From positions 1-64,000 of the forward strand of contig JBHYGA010000007.1 of NCBI GenBank assembly GCA_051859245.1: a stretch of DNA of 64,000 nucleotides, in the 5' to 3' direction. A program made the translations under genes and the position numbers. The notes beneath the pieces are model-generated. The model worked only from the letters and a program-made list of their open reading frames with translations. It was not told the DNA's origin and did no database searches. The first letter of the stretch is position 1. Every line of letters starts with the position of its first letter. Positions 48,317 to 60,908 of the stretch are shown in pieces. The DNA comes from Gemmatimonadaceae bacterium. Its GTDB lineage: Bacteria > Gemmatimonadota > Gemmatimonadetes > Gemmatimonadales > Gemmatimonadaceae.

Positions 48317-48576
48317 CGCGTTCGTCCAGGTGACGGCTCTTCGAGTGGTCATGCCGTACGATACCAATCGGCGCAATCGTGACCATCGCTCCGAAGAGTG
48401 ATATCGACTTCCCACCTTGAAGCAGACTACAAACATTCGACGCTCCTAGCCGAAAGGAGCAGACATAAATCGATCTGTCGGTTAGTCGCGCGGAACACTG
48501 GCAAATCCGAACTTGCAGGTGCCCCGGATTAACGAAAAGGAACACTTCGGGTCTTCCCGCGTCGTCATCCCGTATT

Positions 48577-49032
48577 GTGAACGCACGCATGCATCCCATC
48601 GGCGAGCAGTACTGCACACAGCAGAGATTCTCCCACGCGGTGTGCATCAGTCGACCCGCGATCAAGGTGTTCTCCGCGTGGACGGATCTAGCGCGCCGAC
48701 CATCGAGACTGCTTCAAACACTCGATGCGTTCGGTCGCGAACAGCAGGTCAACGTGATCAAAGCGCCGTGCATCGGTGAACCCAGCGCACTGCTGGTAGA
48801 CCAGATTCCGGGCGTGTTTATCGCGTGGCGATCACTCCCGCACGCACGCGTTCGGGAGAATGGCGAAGTGTGGTTTCACCAGACGTCGGACGCTGACATG
48901 ACTGAGGTGCGCATCACGCTATTGTGGGAAGTCGCTCAAGGCGCTGCCGCGGAATCGACGCTCGACTTCGAGCACGTGCGCGCAAAGATCGCGCAGCATC
49001 TGGATGCGTTCCGTCGTCTCGTGGAACAGTAA
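48577..49032 (+). CDS. SRPBCC/cyclase-like protein, divergent or degenerate
   Basis: ISRPAIKVFSAW, IAWRSLP, ENGEVWF, TEVRITL, LDAFRRLVE. Confidence 0.6.
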   Translation: MNARMHPIGEQYCTQQRFSHAVCISRPAIKVFSAWTDLARRPSRLLQTLDAFGREQQVNVIKAPCIGEPSALLVDQIPGVFIAWRSLPHARVRENGEVWFHQTSDADMTEVRITLLWEVAQGAAAESTLDFEHVRAKIAQHLDAFRRLVEQ

Positions 49033-49203
49033 GAGTTTTAGAGAGCGCCGCATGATAGCCGCCCAATATGCGGTGCTGCAAATCGTCCTTCTGACGAATG
49101 GCGAAGCACTCTCGGTTGTCGTATTCCTTATTTGACAAGAATACCAACGACGTCACACCGACTGTGATTGTTGTTTTCCGCCATCATCCAAGAGGAGTAC
49201 ATC

Positions 49204-49542
49204 GTGGAATCACAAACATTTGATCGTGACCCGTTGAGCATTTCAGGCACTGCTGATGCAATCAATACGGGTGCACACAATCTCAAGGACAAGGCGTCGC
49301 ACGCGCTCGATGGCGCAGCCGGGCAGCTTGAGCGCGCTGGACACAGTGTGAGTGATCGTGTTGCCACCTATGCCGACAAGGCGGCGGGTGCGCTGGGTTC
49401 AACCGCGCAGTACGTTCGCGAGATCGACTCGCGCGATGTCATGCAGGATATCACGGCGATGGCAAAGCGTCATCCGGGCGTAACGCTGGCGGCCGCCGCA
49501 GTGGTCGGGTTTCTCGCTGGCAGAGCAGCCACACGGTCATGA
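49204..49542 (+). CDS. DUF883/ElaB-like small membrane-anchored protein
   Basis: Helical body then KRHPGVTLAAAAVVGFLAGR; RBS gaggag. Confidence 0.72.
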   Translation: MESQTFDRDPLSISGTADAINTGAHNLKDKASHALDGAAGQLERAGHSVSDRVATYADKAAGALGSTAQYVREIDSRDVMQDITAMAKRHPGVTLAAAAVVGFLAGRAATRS

Positions 49543-49889
49543 TTGAACGCTGGCTTGATTCCACGCTGACCGCCACGCCTTCGCGGTCGGTGGCCGAGGT
49601 GCTGCAAAGTACCGCAGCACTCACCGAGAATGTCGTACGCGGCGAGATCAGGCTGGCCGTTGTACGCGTGCAGGAGCAGTTGCTAGCGCAGACGCGCCGT
49701 GTGGTCATGACGTTAGTTGCCGCCGTGCTCGGCCTCGTCGCCTTCGTGATTCTGCTCGTTGGTGGGATTCTCCGGTTGTCCTACCATTTTGACATGTGGC
49801 TCGTGACGCTGGGCGCCGGTGTTATTGTGGCAGCGCTGGCGCTGATCGTGTTCTTGCTCTCAGCTCGTACGAAAGGAGCAGAATCATGA
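49539..49889 (+). CDS. YqjE-like / phage holin 3_6 family membrane protein
   Basis: VRGEIRLA plus 2 TM; ATGA overlap; typical position after DUF883. Confidence 0.7.
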   Translation: MIERWLDSTLTATPSRSVAEVLQSTAALTENVVRGEIRLAVVRVQEQLLAQTRRVVMTLVAAVLGLVAFVILLVGGILRLSYHFDMWLVTLGAGVIVAALALIVFLLSARTKGAES

Positions 49890-50317
49890 GTGATGCTACC
49901 GCCAGGCGCACCAGTGAATTCGCCGACAATCTGCCGGACTCTGCAGATGAGCTTGAAGTTGTTGTCCTTGCCGAGCGACAAAAGCTGAAGCGATCACTTG
50001 ATGAACTCAGCACCACTGTACGCGATCGACTGGATGTTCGCACCCGGCTCCGGGAACATCCGCTGGTGGCTGTGGGAGCGGCAGCTGCTGTGGGCGTTGC
50101 GCTCGGTGTGCTGAGTAATCGCAGCAGCAAACATTCGCTCGCGTCGGGCGCGATTGAACGCGACCCGAGACCAATGCGAGTCGCCGCCGGTTCACAGTCC
50201 GGTCAGTTGCTTGGCAGTATGGCATTGACCGTATCCACGTTGGTTGGTCAACGACTCGCAGATCTGGTAACCGATAGTGTACGAAAATCGCTGGGTCCGC
50301 GTTCAAGTCGCACGTGA
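49886..50317 (+). CDS. DUF3618/YqjK-like protein
   Basis: ERQKLKRSLDEL...REHPLVAVGAAAAVG; RBS aggag. Confidence 0.6.
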   Translation: MSDATARRTSEFADNLPDSADELEVVVLAERQKLKRSLDELSTTVRDRLDVRTRLREHPLVAVGAAAAVGVALGVLSNRSSKHSLASGAIERDPRPMRVAAGSQSGQLLGSMALTVSTLVGQRLADLVTDSVRKSLGPRSSRT

Positions 50318-50349
50318 CCGAGTTTTCTTTCAACTCCAGGACATACACC

Positions 50350-50955
50350 ATGCAGGACACCAAGGACGCACGCGAAGCGATCGCGAGCTACATCACCGAT
50401 ATGCTCGCACTTGAAAAGCACATTGTGCAGGCATTCGAAGGGCAGATCGCGGATCTTGATGAGCATCCCGACGTGGTTCAGCAGCTGCAGCCGATCCACG
50501 CGCAGTGCGAGGCGCATGTTGTCACGCTTGAACAGATGGCGGAGCAGCGCGAAGGGGGCGGGCAGGGAATTGCTGGCACCGTGAAGAAGGCGGCATCAGC
50601 CCTTCTTGGCGTTGGAGCCGCTGGCATTGATTTCATTCGTGCCGAAAAACTTCCGAAGAATCTGCGTGACGACTATACCGCGCTTTCACTGGCATGCATC
50701 GGCTACGTCATGCTGCACACGACGGCTGCTTCACTCGACGATGAATCCGTCGCGGTGATGGCCAAACGGCATCTAGAAGAACATGCACGCAACGTGATGA
50801 CGTTGCACAACATGATTCCCGCCGCCGTAATGACTTTCCTCAAAGACGAAGGCTTCCCCGTGCGAACCGAACGTCTGGAAGAAATCGGGCGCGTCACTCA
50901 ACGAGTATGGGACTCTGAAGCGGGCGTTGTGCAGCCCTCGCAGATGCCCGTCTGA
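50350..50955 (+). CDS. Ferritin-like DUF892 (YciE/YciF) protein
   Basis: YITDMLALEKH, EAH, LRDDY, HLEE di-metal-type ligands. Confidence 0.72.
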   Translation: MQDTKDAREAIASYITDMLALEKHIVQAFEGQIADLDEHPDVVQQLQPIHAQCEAHVVTLEQMAEQREGGGQGIAGTVKKAASALLGVGAAGIDFIRAEKLPKNLRDDYTALSLACIGYVMLHTTAASLDDESVAVMAKRHLEEHARNVMTLHNMIPAAVMTFLKDEGFPVRTERLEEIGRVTQRVWDSEAGVVQPSQMPV

Positions 50956-50967
50956 ACAGGAGATCAA

Positions 50968-51168
50968 ATGGCTGAGCTTCACGTGCAGAAGAAAGAGACG
51001 AACATCTGGCCCTGGATCATTGGCTTGATCGTTGTTGCCGCCGTGGTGTGGTATGCGTTCGGTCGGTCCGCGACAACCGACAGCATGACGTCCCGTACAG
51101 CTGACTCGACATATCAGACGCCGGGAGCGGCTGGTACGGCGACCAATCCAAATCCGGGCACGCCGTAG
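50968..51168 (+). CDS. Small single-pass membrane protein
   Basis: RBS aggag; MAELHVQKK..IWPWIIGLIVV. Confidence 0.7.
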   Translation: MAELHVQKKETNIWPWIIGLIVVAAVVWYAFGRSATTDSMTSRTADSTYQTPGAAGTATNPNPGTP

Positions 51169-51201
51169 CTGGTCGCCAAAGGCTGGCTACTGGATATCGG
51201 G

Positions 51202-51240
51202 AACGCGCGCAGCAAGTGGCTGCGCGCGTTGTCGTGTTTC
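51202..51240 (+). terminator. Intrinsic terminator-like hairpin
   Basis: aacgcgcgcagc-aagtg-gctgcgcgcgtt then gtcgtgttt. Confidence 0.55.
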
Positions 51241-51278
51241 GTGTCGTGAAGTTCATGTTATACACCTAGGGTGAGATC

Positions 51279-53522
<2,244 letters not shown>

Positions 53523-53533
53523 GCCCGCCGAGC

Positions 53534-54493
53534 GTGGATAATCTGCCGACGGTGTCCGAGACACAGGCGCGTTTTGATATCGCCATTGTTGGCGGTGGTC
53601 CGGCGGGGCTCAGCGCCGGCGTGTGGAGCGCGCGATACGGGCACTCGGTCGTGGTGATTGATCGCGGGGACCCACGCAACTGGGAATCACGAGGTATCAA
53701 CGGTTACCTCGGGCTGCCGCAGGTGCTGCCGTCGGAGCTGCGCGCGCGCGGGCGGGATGAGTGCAGGAGTTACGGCGTTGTGTTGTTGGACGAACAGGTG
53801 CTGAACGCTTCAATCGACGGCGACGACGAGATCCGATTGGAACTCGGTACTGGTCGCACGCTGGTCGCGTCGAGATTACTCATTGCGGTGGGCATACGTG
53901 ACGTCTGGCCAACCGTGCCCGGACTGGAACAAGTGTACGGCGCGAATGCCCACGTCTGTCCCGACTGTGATGGTCACGAAGCGAGTGGGTTGCGCGTGGT
54001 GGTGATTGGCAGCGGCAAGCGTGCGGTGTCAATGGCGCTGGCTCTCACGACCTGGACCGAACACATCACGATTTGCACCCACGGCGAAGCGCCCGAGATC
54101 AACGAATCCGAACTCTGCGAAAAACTGGACGCGTGCAATATCTCGATTGTCACTGAGCGAATCGTTGAGCTCGGGCGCAATGGCGAGCATATCAACAGCG
54201 TCACTCTCGCCAATGGCGCGCGGATCGAGACGGACAAGATATTCTTCACGTTGGCACAGCATCCGGCAGATGACCTTGGCGTACAGCTCGGCTGCGAACG
54301 GGACAGTGGCGAACACATTCTGGTCAGCGAGCACGGTGCCACGTCTGTGTCTGGCGTGTTCGCCGCGGGTGATATTACGCCCGGTCCGCAGCTCGCGGTG
54401 CGCGCCGCGTGTGCAGGCGCGATCGCGGCCATGGCCATGCACCGGTCGTTGCTGCCGGAACATCGTACGCTGGCCACCAGCCCCCGATCGTGA
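53534..54493 (+). CDS. Thioredoxin reductase-like FAD/NAD(P) oxidoreductase
   Basis: GGGPAG, CPDCDG, VIGSG, GVFAAGD. Confidence 0.88.
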   Translation: MDNLPTVSETQARFDIAIVGGGPAGLSAGVWSARYGHSVVVIDRGDPRNWESRGINGYLGLPQVLPSELRARGRDECRSYGVVLLDEQVLNASIDGDDEIRLELGTGRTLVASRLLIAVGIRDVWPTVPGLEQVYGANAHVCPDCDGHEASGLRVVVIGSGKRAVSMALALTTWTEHITICTHGEAPEINESELCEKLDACNISIVTERIVELGRNGEHINSVTLANGARIETDKIFFTLAQHPADDLGVQLGCERDSGEHILVSEHGATSVSGVFAAGDITPGPQLAVRAACAGAIAAMAMHRSLLPEHRTLATSPRS

Positions 54494-54518
54494 CCGGACG
54501 CCGGGTGCAGGTAAGTTC

Positions 54519-55919
54519 GTGAGTGCATCCGGCGTGCACTCGTGGAGGGACACGTGGGCTGATCTTCGGCGCTCCGTGAGCGATTTTCTGGTCGTGCCAT
54601 CCGCCACCATTTTGGTGTGCGTGTTGTTGGCATGGGCCACGCACCAGCTGGACGGCTCGCGTGGCGCGACCATGCGTACGGTGCGGGACGTGCTTTCCGC
54701 GCGATTGTTCACGAGCGAAGGCGCAATCGATACGCTTTTGTCGACGCTCGCTGGTGGTATGATCACACTGACGTCGATCACCTTCTCCATGTTGTTGCTG
54801 GCCGTACAACAGTCTGCGGGATCGCTCACCACACAGGTGCTTGATCAGTTCATACGGCGCCGTCTCAACCAGTTCTACTTCGGTGTTTTCGTAGGTGTCT
54901 CCCTCCACGTGTTGGTGGTGATGGCCACGCTGGAGTCAGATCCTGCGCCGGTGTTCAGTGCGCTGATGGCGCTGATTCTCACCTGCGCATCGTTGGTTAC
55001 GCTGATTTTCTTGCAGTACACCACGGTGAATCAGATGCGGGCCAATCGCATTGTTGAGGCGATCCACGATCTGGCGCTGGATTCACGCGAACGGCAACAC
55101 CGACTACTCTCCCGCACGCGAAGGGTTTCGCAGCTGCAGAGCGCGCCAGTCTCTCACCGTGTGCTGTCAAACAACAACGGGTACATGGCCAATCTGCACC
55201 TCGATCGCCTGGCCGAAGTGCTCGGTGAAGCTGACGGCAGTGAAGTTGAGCTGCATGTATCGATTGGCGACTACGTGTGCTTCCAAGACGTCATAGCTGA
55301 GGTCCGCACCACCAGCGCCGCGCGTGCTCAGGACATCGGACACGCGGTGCTGCATGCCGTCGATCTTGAACGCCAGCGCAACATGCATCTCGATCCCGGA
55401 TACGGCGTGACGCAGCTTGGCACCATCGGCTGGACCGCGACATCAACGGCCAAATCCAATCCGTCTCCGGCGCTCGCGTGTTTGCGCAACCTCAGGGATC
55501 TGACGGCCCGTTGGTCGCGTGATCCCGCGCCCGCACCAGCTACTGATCGTGTACCAGTCGTGTATCGCGACGATTTGCTCAGTAGTGTGATTGATGCATT
55601 TGAGTCGATCGGCGTTGCGGCGTCCGAGTCGATGCAGCACCGCTGCTGCGCGGAAGTGTTGTACGCGTTCTCCAGTACCTTTGCTCAGCTTCCTGTTGCT
55701 CTGCAGTCGCGCGCGGAGGACGCGGTGCGGCGCACGCTGACTGCCCTCGGCGACCATGTGCCTACCGCAGACGTGGACCACGCACTGCGCGAACTGGGTC
55801 TTGTACTTGAGCGGGAAGGACGCACGCACGCCGCGGGAGAAGTGCGCACCGCACACGCAAGACTGACCGCAACAGTGGGAACGCTGCATTCGCGTTCCAC
55901 GCGAGTCACTCGAGATTGA
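54519..55919 (+). CDS. DUF2254 family membrane protein
   Basis: LSTLAGGMIT..SITFS, NGY, IGDYV, DPGYGV.QL, SNPSPA; GTG start inferred. Confidence 0.75.
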   Translation: MSASGVHSWRDTWADLRRSVSDFLVVPSATILVCVLLAWATHQLDGSRGATMRTVRDVLSARLFTSEGAIDTLLSTLAGGMITLTSITFSMLLLAVQQSAGSLTTQVLDQFIRRRLNQFYFGVFVGVSLHVLVVMATLESDPAPVFSALMALILTCASLVTLIFLQYTTVNQMRANRIVEAIHDLALDSRERQHRLLSRTRRVSQLQSAPVSHRVLSNNNGYMANLHLDRLAEVLGEADGSEVELHVSIGDYVCFQDVIAEVRTTSAARAQDIGHAVLHAVDLERQRNMHLDPGYGVTQLGTIGWTATSTAKSNPSPALACLRNLRDLTARWSRDPAPAPATDRVPVVYRDDLLSSVIDAFESIGVAASESMQHRCCAEVLYAFSSTFAQLPVALQSRAEDAVRRTLTALGDHVPTADVDHALRELGLVLEREGRTHAAGEVRTAHARLTATVGTLHSRSTRVTRD

Positions 55920-56083
55920 TGGTGCGCAGTGCATCGAAGTGCCACACAGATCGCAGCGTGACCAATGTCACGTTACGGATGAGGCTGGTTCCGACAGCCG
56001 CCTCTGGCACGCAACGCACGATCGGCGTAACGTAGAGGAACCGCAGCGGATTCGAGGCTCACCACTCTCAGCGCGAGGAAGCG

Positions 56084-56740
56084 ATGAGTGAACTCAACAG
56101 CGTTTCACCGACCGCCCCACGCATTCGCATTTTGATCGTTGACGACCACGCGATTCTGCGGGAAGGTCTGGCGGCACTTCTGACACAGAATGGCATGGAT
56201 GTCGTTGGGCAATCCGGCGACGGCGAAAGTGCGATCGCGATGCTTGATGCGTGCCAGCCTGATGTGTGCATTGCCGATGTGCGCATGTCGCCAATGGACG
56301 GAACCGACGTCACGCGCGCGATTCGCGAACGTCGCCCTGAGTGCAAGGTACTCGTACTCAGTGCCTATGACACCGACGAGGATGTGTTTCGCGCGCTGCA
56401 GGCAGGAGCGTCAAGCTATCTGCTTAAGGACACGCCGTCTGCCGAGCTCGTGCAAACAATTCGCGATGTGCACGCAGGGCATAAAGTATTTAATGCCGAC
56501 GTCGCGTCACGACTGGCCGAACATGTCGCCAGCCCGAGTCTGACACCGCGCCAGCAGGAGGTGCTGGTATGTCTCGCGCGTGGCAAGTCCAATCAGGAAG
56601 TTGCATCGACGCTGTTCATCAGTGAAGGAACGGTCAAAGCGCACGTCAAAGCCATTCTCGCCAAGCTGGATGCGCGCGATCGCACGCAGGCGATTATCAC
56701 GGCGATGCGAAGAGGCCTGCTGCGAGAAACAGTCGGGTAA
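56084..56740 (+). CDS. NarL/LuxR family response regulator (orphan)
   Basis: VDDHAI, DVRM, SYLLK, LTPRQQEVL HTH. Confidence 0.92.
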   Translation: MSELNSVSPTAPRIRILIVDDHAILREGLAALLTQNGMDVVGQSGDGESAIAMLDACQPDVCIADVRMSPMDGTDVTRAIRERRPECKVLVLSAYDTDEDVFRALQAGASSYLLKDTPSAELVQTIRDVHAGHKVFNADVASRLAEHVASPSLTPRQQEVLVCLARGKSNQEVASTLFISEGTVKAHVKAILAKLDARDRTQAIITAMRRGLLRETVG

Positions 56741-57954
56741 TGCACGTCGCGTCCACTGATCAGCTTTGTGGGAACGCCGCTTACAGATACGGTACGCGCA
56801 GGGCGGGGAACCATGCGCCCCCTCGACCTCAGCACACCGACTCGTGAAATGTTTGGGCAACGAGTTCGCGTCGATCAACTCGGCGATGCGGCGCGTCGGC
56901 TGATGCCGGTGAATGTGCGTGAGGTGGTGCTGGTACCATGGAATATTGGCGGTGACTGTCAGCCCATACCCTGGAGTGCGAGCGCGAGATGGTTGTCGGA
57001 AGCCAGAGCTGGACTCTTCCGGGCAACGTTGCGTGAGCCGGAGTTCTGGGCGAGCGGTTTGCCTACCTTCGACATTGTCACCACACGCGAACAGCCGTAT
57101 CAGGAAAACGCAGTGGTACCTCGGCAAATGCCACGCTTGAGTACCAGCGCCTTGCTCCGCTTCTACGACATGCTGCCAAATAATGGCGAAGATCGGATTC
57201 CGTTGCGGCCCTGGAGTTTGTGAAGCGCGTGCGGGCAGACTCGGTGCTGCGGTCGAGTTTCCCGTCGAACACGTTCCTGTCGTACGCGCGAAACGATATC
57301 AATAACGCGCGTTTGCGCGGCGTACGCGTGCCAATCGGCGGCACGTATCGCATGGAAGTGATCCTCGATGGCGAGCCGCGCGTGTTCTACATGCGCGTTG
57401 CATCGAGTGTACGGTCATTACAACTCTGGGCTCGCGGCGTGCTGGATACGGCGTTGACTCCGCGCGAACCGGAGGGCTACTACGTGCAGGCCGCAGCGGC
57501 ACCCTCAGTCGCGCAGCTGGCGTCGTCGTGCGAGAGCCGTACTCCGTTGGAATCGCGCAGCGTGGTGGCGTACGTAGATCTCGATTGGCATGGAGCTGGT
57601 TCAGCCGATACGTCGCGCGAGTGGAGAGGCGGTCTCGACCCGCGATTGCTCGAGAGTGTGCTGAGTGCGGAAGAACGTTCGGCATGGAGACAGCGTCAAC
57701 GTGACGGCGCCATGCTTCGCGTACAGCAGATGCGCGCACAGGCGGACTCACTGCGCCGTGCGGCATCTTCAGCAACTGCGGTGAATGCCGAAGCCACACG
57801 ACAGCCGTTCGTCTTCATTCCACAACGTCCACTGCGTGTGTGGCATGATGCGGCCGGCACGTTGCGGATCGACGGTGTCATGCAAATCGATCAGCTCGGC
57901 GCGATCAGCTATCGCGGTGAACGATTGTCGCTGGACGCGCTGCCGTGTTCGTAA
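56741..57954 (+). pseudogene. Hypothetical protein, probably split by a frameshift near 57183 (ORFs 56768-57223 and 57220-57954)
   Basis: The second frame is open from 57184; one added base would join the two; no start codon or signal peptide at the 5' end. Confidence 0.45.
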
Positions 57955-57972
57955 CGATGCTCGTTAACCGTA

Positions 57973-58737
57973 TCAACTGCCGCTAGCACGATCGCGTGCG
58001 ACACCGTGCGCCCGGACCAGCAGTGTGAGCAACACGAACATCGAAACCCACACGGTGGTTGCTGGCTCCGGAACTTCCACGGCATCACCGACCGCTCGAA
58101 TGTTGTCGATGCCGAGCGAGGCGAGTGTTGACTCCCCTGGAAACGTCGCCGTCGTGCTGTGATAAATTCGCGCAACGGTCGCGTTGGTCAGCGCCCCTTC
58201 CACTGTTCCCATTACGGGCGTCAAGCCGCCGGCGCCAAAGAGCGGGAGCACGATGGATTGCCAGCCTCCCCCAGCGAACAGCGTCGCGGCGGCCGATGAC
58301 ACCGCAATATTTGTCGGCGGTGACATGTTCGGATCTTCGAGCAGGAAGCGCAGCGCAATGTCTGTCTGACCGAGATTGATCGCGTCAAACTGAATATGCG
58401 TGATGCCCGCGTCGAGATAGTTGCCGCCCCAGCTCATGGGGTTGATCGCAACAAGCCGACTTCCTGCTCCGCTCCCGCCGAGAGACGTGAGTCGCAGGTA
58501 GTTGTCGTTCGCTCCGGTCGGACCACCAGACGACACATTTGTTGGCAGCACTTCAGGCGGCAGACCGCCGTTGCCGAGCAAGTTGGTGATCCACCCCTGC
58601 GTCGAACCGTCTTCAAAATCATTGATGAACCCGGCGGTGATTTGCGCTGTCGCCGCTACCGGCGTGTGCGCGATCAACAGCAGACCGGTCACAACTTGAA
58701 GAACCAAGGCGGTTAACACGCGCCGCGTCGCAAACAT
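57973..58737 (-). CDS. PEP-CTERM sorting domain protein
   Basis: Signal peptide; C-terminal VPEPATT, TM helix, Arg tail; RBS aggagg. Confidence 0.8.
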   Translation of the reverse strand: MFATRRVLTALVLQVVTGLLLIAHTPVAATAQITAGFINDFEDGSTQGWITNLLGNGGLPPEVLPTNVSSGGPTGANDNYLRLTSLGGSGAGSRLVAINPMSWGGNYLDAGITHIQFDAINLGQTDIALRFLLEDPNMSPPTNIAVSSAAATLFAGGGWQSIVLPLFGAGGLTPVMGTVEGALTNATVARIYHSTTATFPGESTLASLGIDNIRAVGDAVEVPEPATTVWVSMFVLLTLLVRAHGVARDRASGS

Positions 58738-58850
58738 GTGGCACCCTCCTGAAGTGAGAGTCCGTCCAAACGGGGCGGAAAAACGTAACGCACGCCGAGG
58801 TGCTTGGTCAGAGCCGACTTTTGGGGGCATCGGCTTGCGCTCAGGACGAA

Positions 58851-58892
58851 TTGACTATATGGTTAATCCATAAAGATTAATCATTTGGTTAA
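58851..58892 (+). promoter_or_regulatory. Promoter with two tandem palindromic operators (likely TetR)
   Basis: TTGACTATATGGTTAA (58851-58866) and TTAATCATTTGGTTAA (58877-58892); AT-rich island overlapping a TTGACT -35. Confidence 0.7.
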
Positions 58893-58962
58893 CACTCCAT
58901 CGGTCGATTGCCGAGTGCACCCGAAATCACCGTTTGCCGCGTCCCTCGACGACATACCGTCC

Positions 58963-59583
58963 ATGCGCGATGCGTCGACCACGGACCTCGAAACCCGCGA
59001 GCGCATCCTCGCCGCTGCGCATCGCGTCTTCCTGCGCTCCGGGACGGCCAAGGCACGCACGCAGGAAATCGCGAACGAAGCCGGCGTGAACAAGGCGCTG
59101 CTTCACTACTACTTCGGCACCAAAGCGGCTCTCGCGGACGCGGTCTTCAAGCATCACTTGATGAGCTTTATGCCGCGCATCTTCGGACTGCTTGGCGATC
59201 CGCAACTGGAGATCCCCGACAAGGTGCGCGCCATCGTGCGCGAACAGATCGAGTTCCACCGTGCACGACCGTATCTCGCCGGCTTTCTGGCAGCGGAGTT
59301 TCACGCCGAGCCGGAGCGCATGTCGGCCATGATGGCGCCTGTTGGCGCGCCGCCGCTGCATGTGCTGGCGATGCAGCTTGCACGGGCCGCCGACGCCGGC
59401 ACGATGCGAAGAATCTCCGTTGAGCAGTTTGTCATTACGCTCATTGGTGCGATCGTGCTGCCCTTCGTACTGCGACCGCTCGTGACCAACCTGTTGGGGT
59501 TGCAGGAGGATCGCTTCGACGCGTTTCTCGACGAACGCACCGTGGTGTTGCCGGACTTTATCCTCGCGGGGCTACGGCCATGA
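58963..59583 (+). CDS. TetR/AcrR family regulator
   Basis: RERILAAA..VF...G, IANEAGVNKALLHYYFGTK. Confidence 0.93.
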   Translation: MRDASTTDLETRERILAAAHRVFLRSGTAKARTQEIANEAGVNKALLHYYFGTKAALADAVFKHHLMSFMPRIFGLLGDPQLEIPDKVRAIVREQIEFHRARPYLAGFLAAEFHAEPERMSAMMAPVGAPPLHVLAMQLARAADAGTMRRISVEQFVITLIGAIVLPFVLRPLVTNLLGLQEDRFDAFLDERTVVLPDFILAGLRP

Positions 59584-60908
59584 CACGCGAGCTGACATAC
59601 AGCGCGGAAGCGCCGAACGTTGCATTGTACCGTCGCGCAGCCCGGTTTGTGCTGGCGGTCTTGTTCGTACTTCCGAGCCTTGCAGTTCGGGCGCAAGACA
59701 CCGTCTCCTTGCAACAACTGTACGTCGACGCCATGTCGCGCGATGCGCGCAGTCAGACGACGGCTTTGCTTCGCTCATCGTTTGCCTTGCGTGATCGCGT
59801 GCTTGCCACGGATCGCTTCGCGCAACCGCAACTCAATGCGCAGACGACGCACCAGTCAGATGTCACCGAAGTGCCGATTCGCATTCCCGGCTCGAACATT
59901 CCCACGCCGCCCTATACGCGCTACCAGCTCACACTCGATCTCGACCAACCGCTGTACGATGCCGGGGCTGTAGCAGCACGGCGCGCAATCGAACGCGGAC
60001 GTCTGGGGGAAGCGGAGTCCGATGTCGCGTTACAACTCTACAGGTTGCGCTTCGACGTGAACGCGGCGCTGTTCTCGGCACTGCTGCAGCAGGAACAACT
60101 CGACGCGATCGATGCTACACGAACCGTGGTTGACGAACGCATGCGTGAGGCCACGGCGCGCGTGAAAGAAGGCAGCGCGCTCGCTCGCGATACGAACACT
60201 ATTCGCGCCGAGCTATTGCGACTGGAGGAGGCGCGCGCCGAGGTCATCGCTCGTCATCGAAGCGCCCTGCGTGTGCTCTCCAGCTTGACGGGGCGCTCGT
60301 TCGATCCGGCAGTCCGTCTGGCCGCGCCGATCGTGCGCGCGGGACCAGCGGTTATGACAACGCAGCGACCGGAGTACGCTCGGTTCGACGCAACACGCAA
60401 TCGACTGGAGCTCGAAGCGCGCGCTGCCGCAGTGGACGCCCGCCCGCGGATCAGTGCGTTTGTGCAAGCAGGTGTTGGTCAACCCGGACTCAATCAACTA
60501 CGTCCCGACACCGACGCGTTCTACCTCGCAGGCGTTCGCGCAACATGGCGTCCGCTGGCGCGGCATGACGCTGGGCGGCGCGCCGAACAGGCCCGCGTGC
60601 AACAACGCATCACCGATCTCGAAGAACGCGCGTTCAGTGAGTCTTTGGAGCGCGGCACGTACGCCGATCGCGAAGAGATATCCTCACTGGAAGCAGCGCT
60701 CGTGCGAGACGCCCTGCTGGTCCGCGTGCGCGAAGACATTGAGCGAGTGGCTCGGCTCGAGTTTGAAGAAGGCGCGGTCACTGCGGCCGTCTGGGTGGCC
60801 GCACAGAGCGATTTGCTGTCCGCACAAATCGCTGCACGTCGGCACAATGTCGAACTCGCGTACGCGCGCGTTCGACTTCTTACCACACTTGGCGCACCAC
60901 TTCCATGA
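59580..60908 (+). CDS. TolC family outer membrane efflux protein
   Basis: Signal peptide, LDQPLYDAG, two OEP-like halves; ATGA overlap. Confidence 0.85.
   Translation: MTRELTYSAEAPNVALYRRAARFVLAVLFVLPSLAVRAQDTVSLQQLYVDAMSRDARSQTTALLRSSFALRDRVLATDRFAQPQLNAQTTHQSDVTEVPIRIPGSNIPTPPYTRYQLTLDLDQPLYDAGAVAARRAIERGRLGEAESDVALQLYRLRFDVNAALFSALLQQEQLDAIDATRTVVDERMREATARVKEGSALARDTNTIRAELLRLEEARAEVIARHRSALRVLSSLTGRSFDPAVRLAAPIVRAGPAVMTTQRPEYARFDATRNRLELEARAAAVDARPRISAFVQAGVGQPGLNQLRPDTDAFYLAGVRATWRPLARHDAGRRAEQARVQQRITDLEERAFSESLERGTYADREEISSLEAALVRDALLVRVREDIERVARLEFEEGAVTAAVWVAAQSDLLSAQIAARRHNVELAYARVRLLTTLGAPLP

Noticed and set aside
49539..49889. Phage holin family protein as prophage evidence
   Set aside because: It is in the usual DUF883/YqjE stress context; no phage genes in the window
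54006..54518. Long N-terminal extension of the DUF2254 ORF
   Set aside because: Overlaps the TrxR-like gene in another frame; GTG 54519 is the more plausible start
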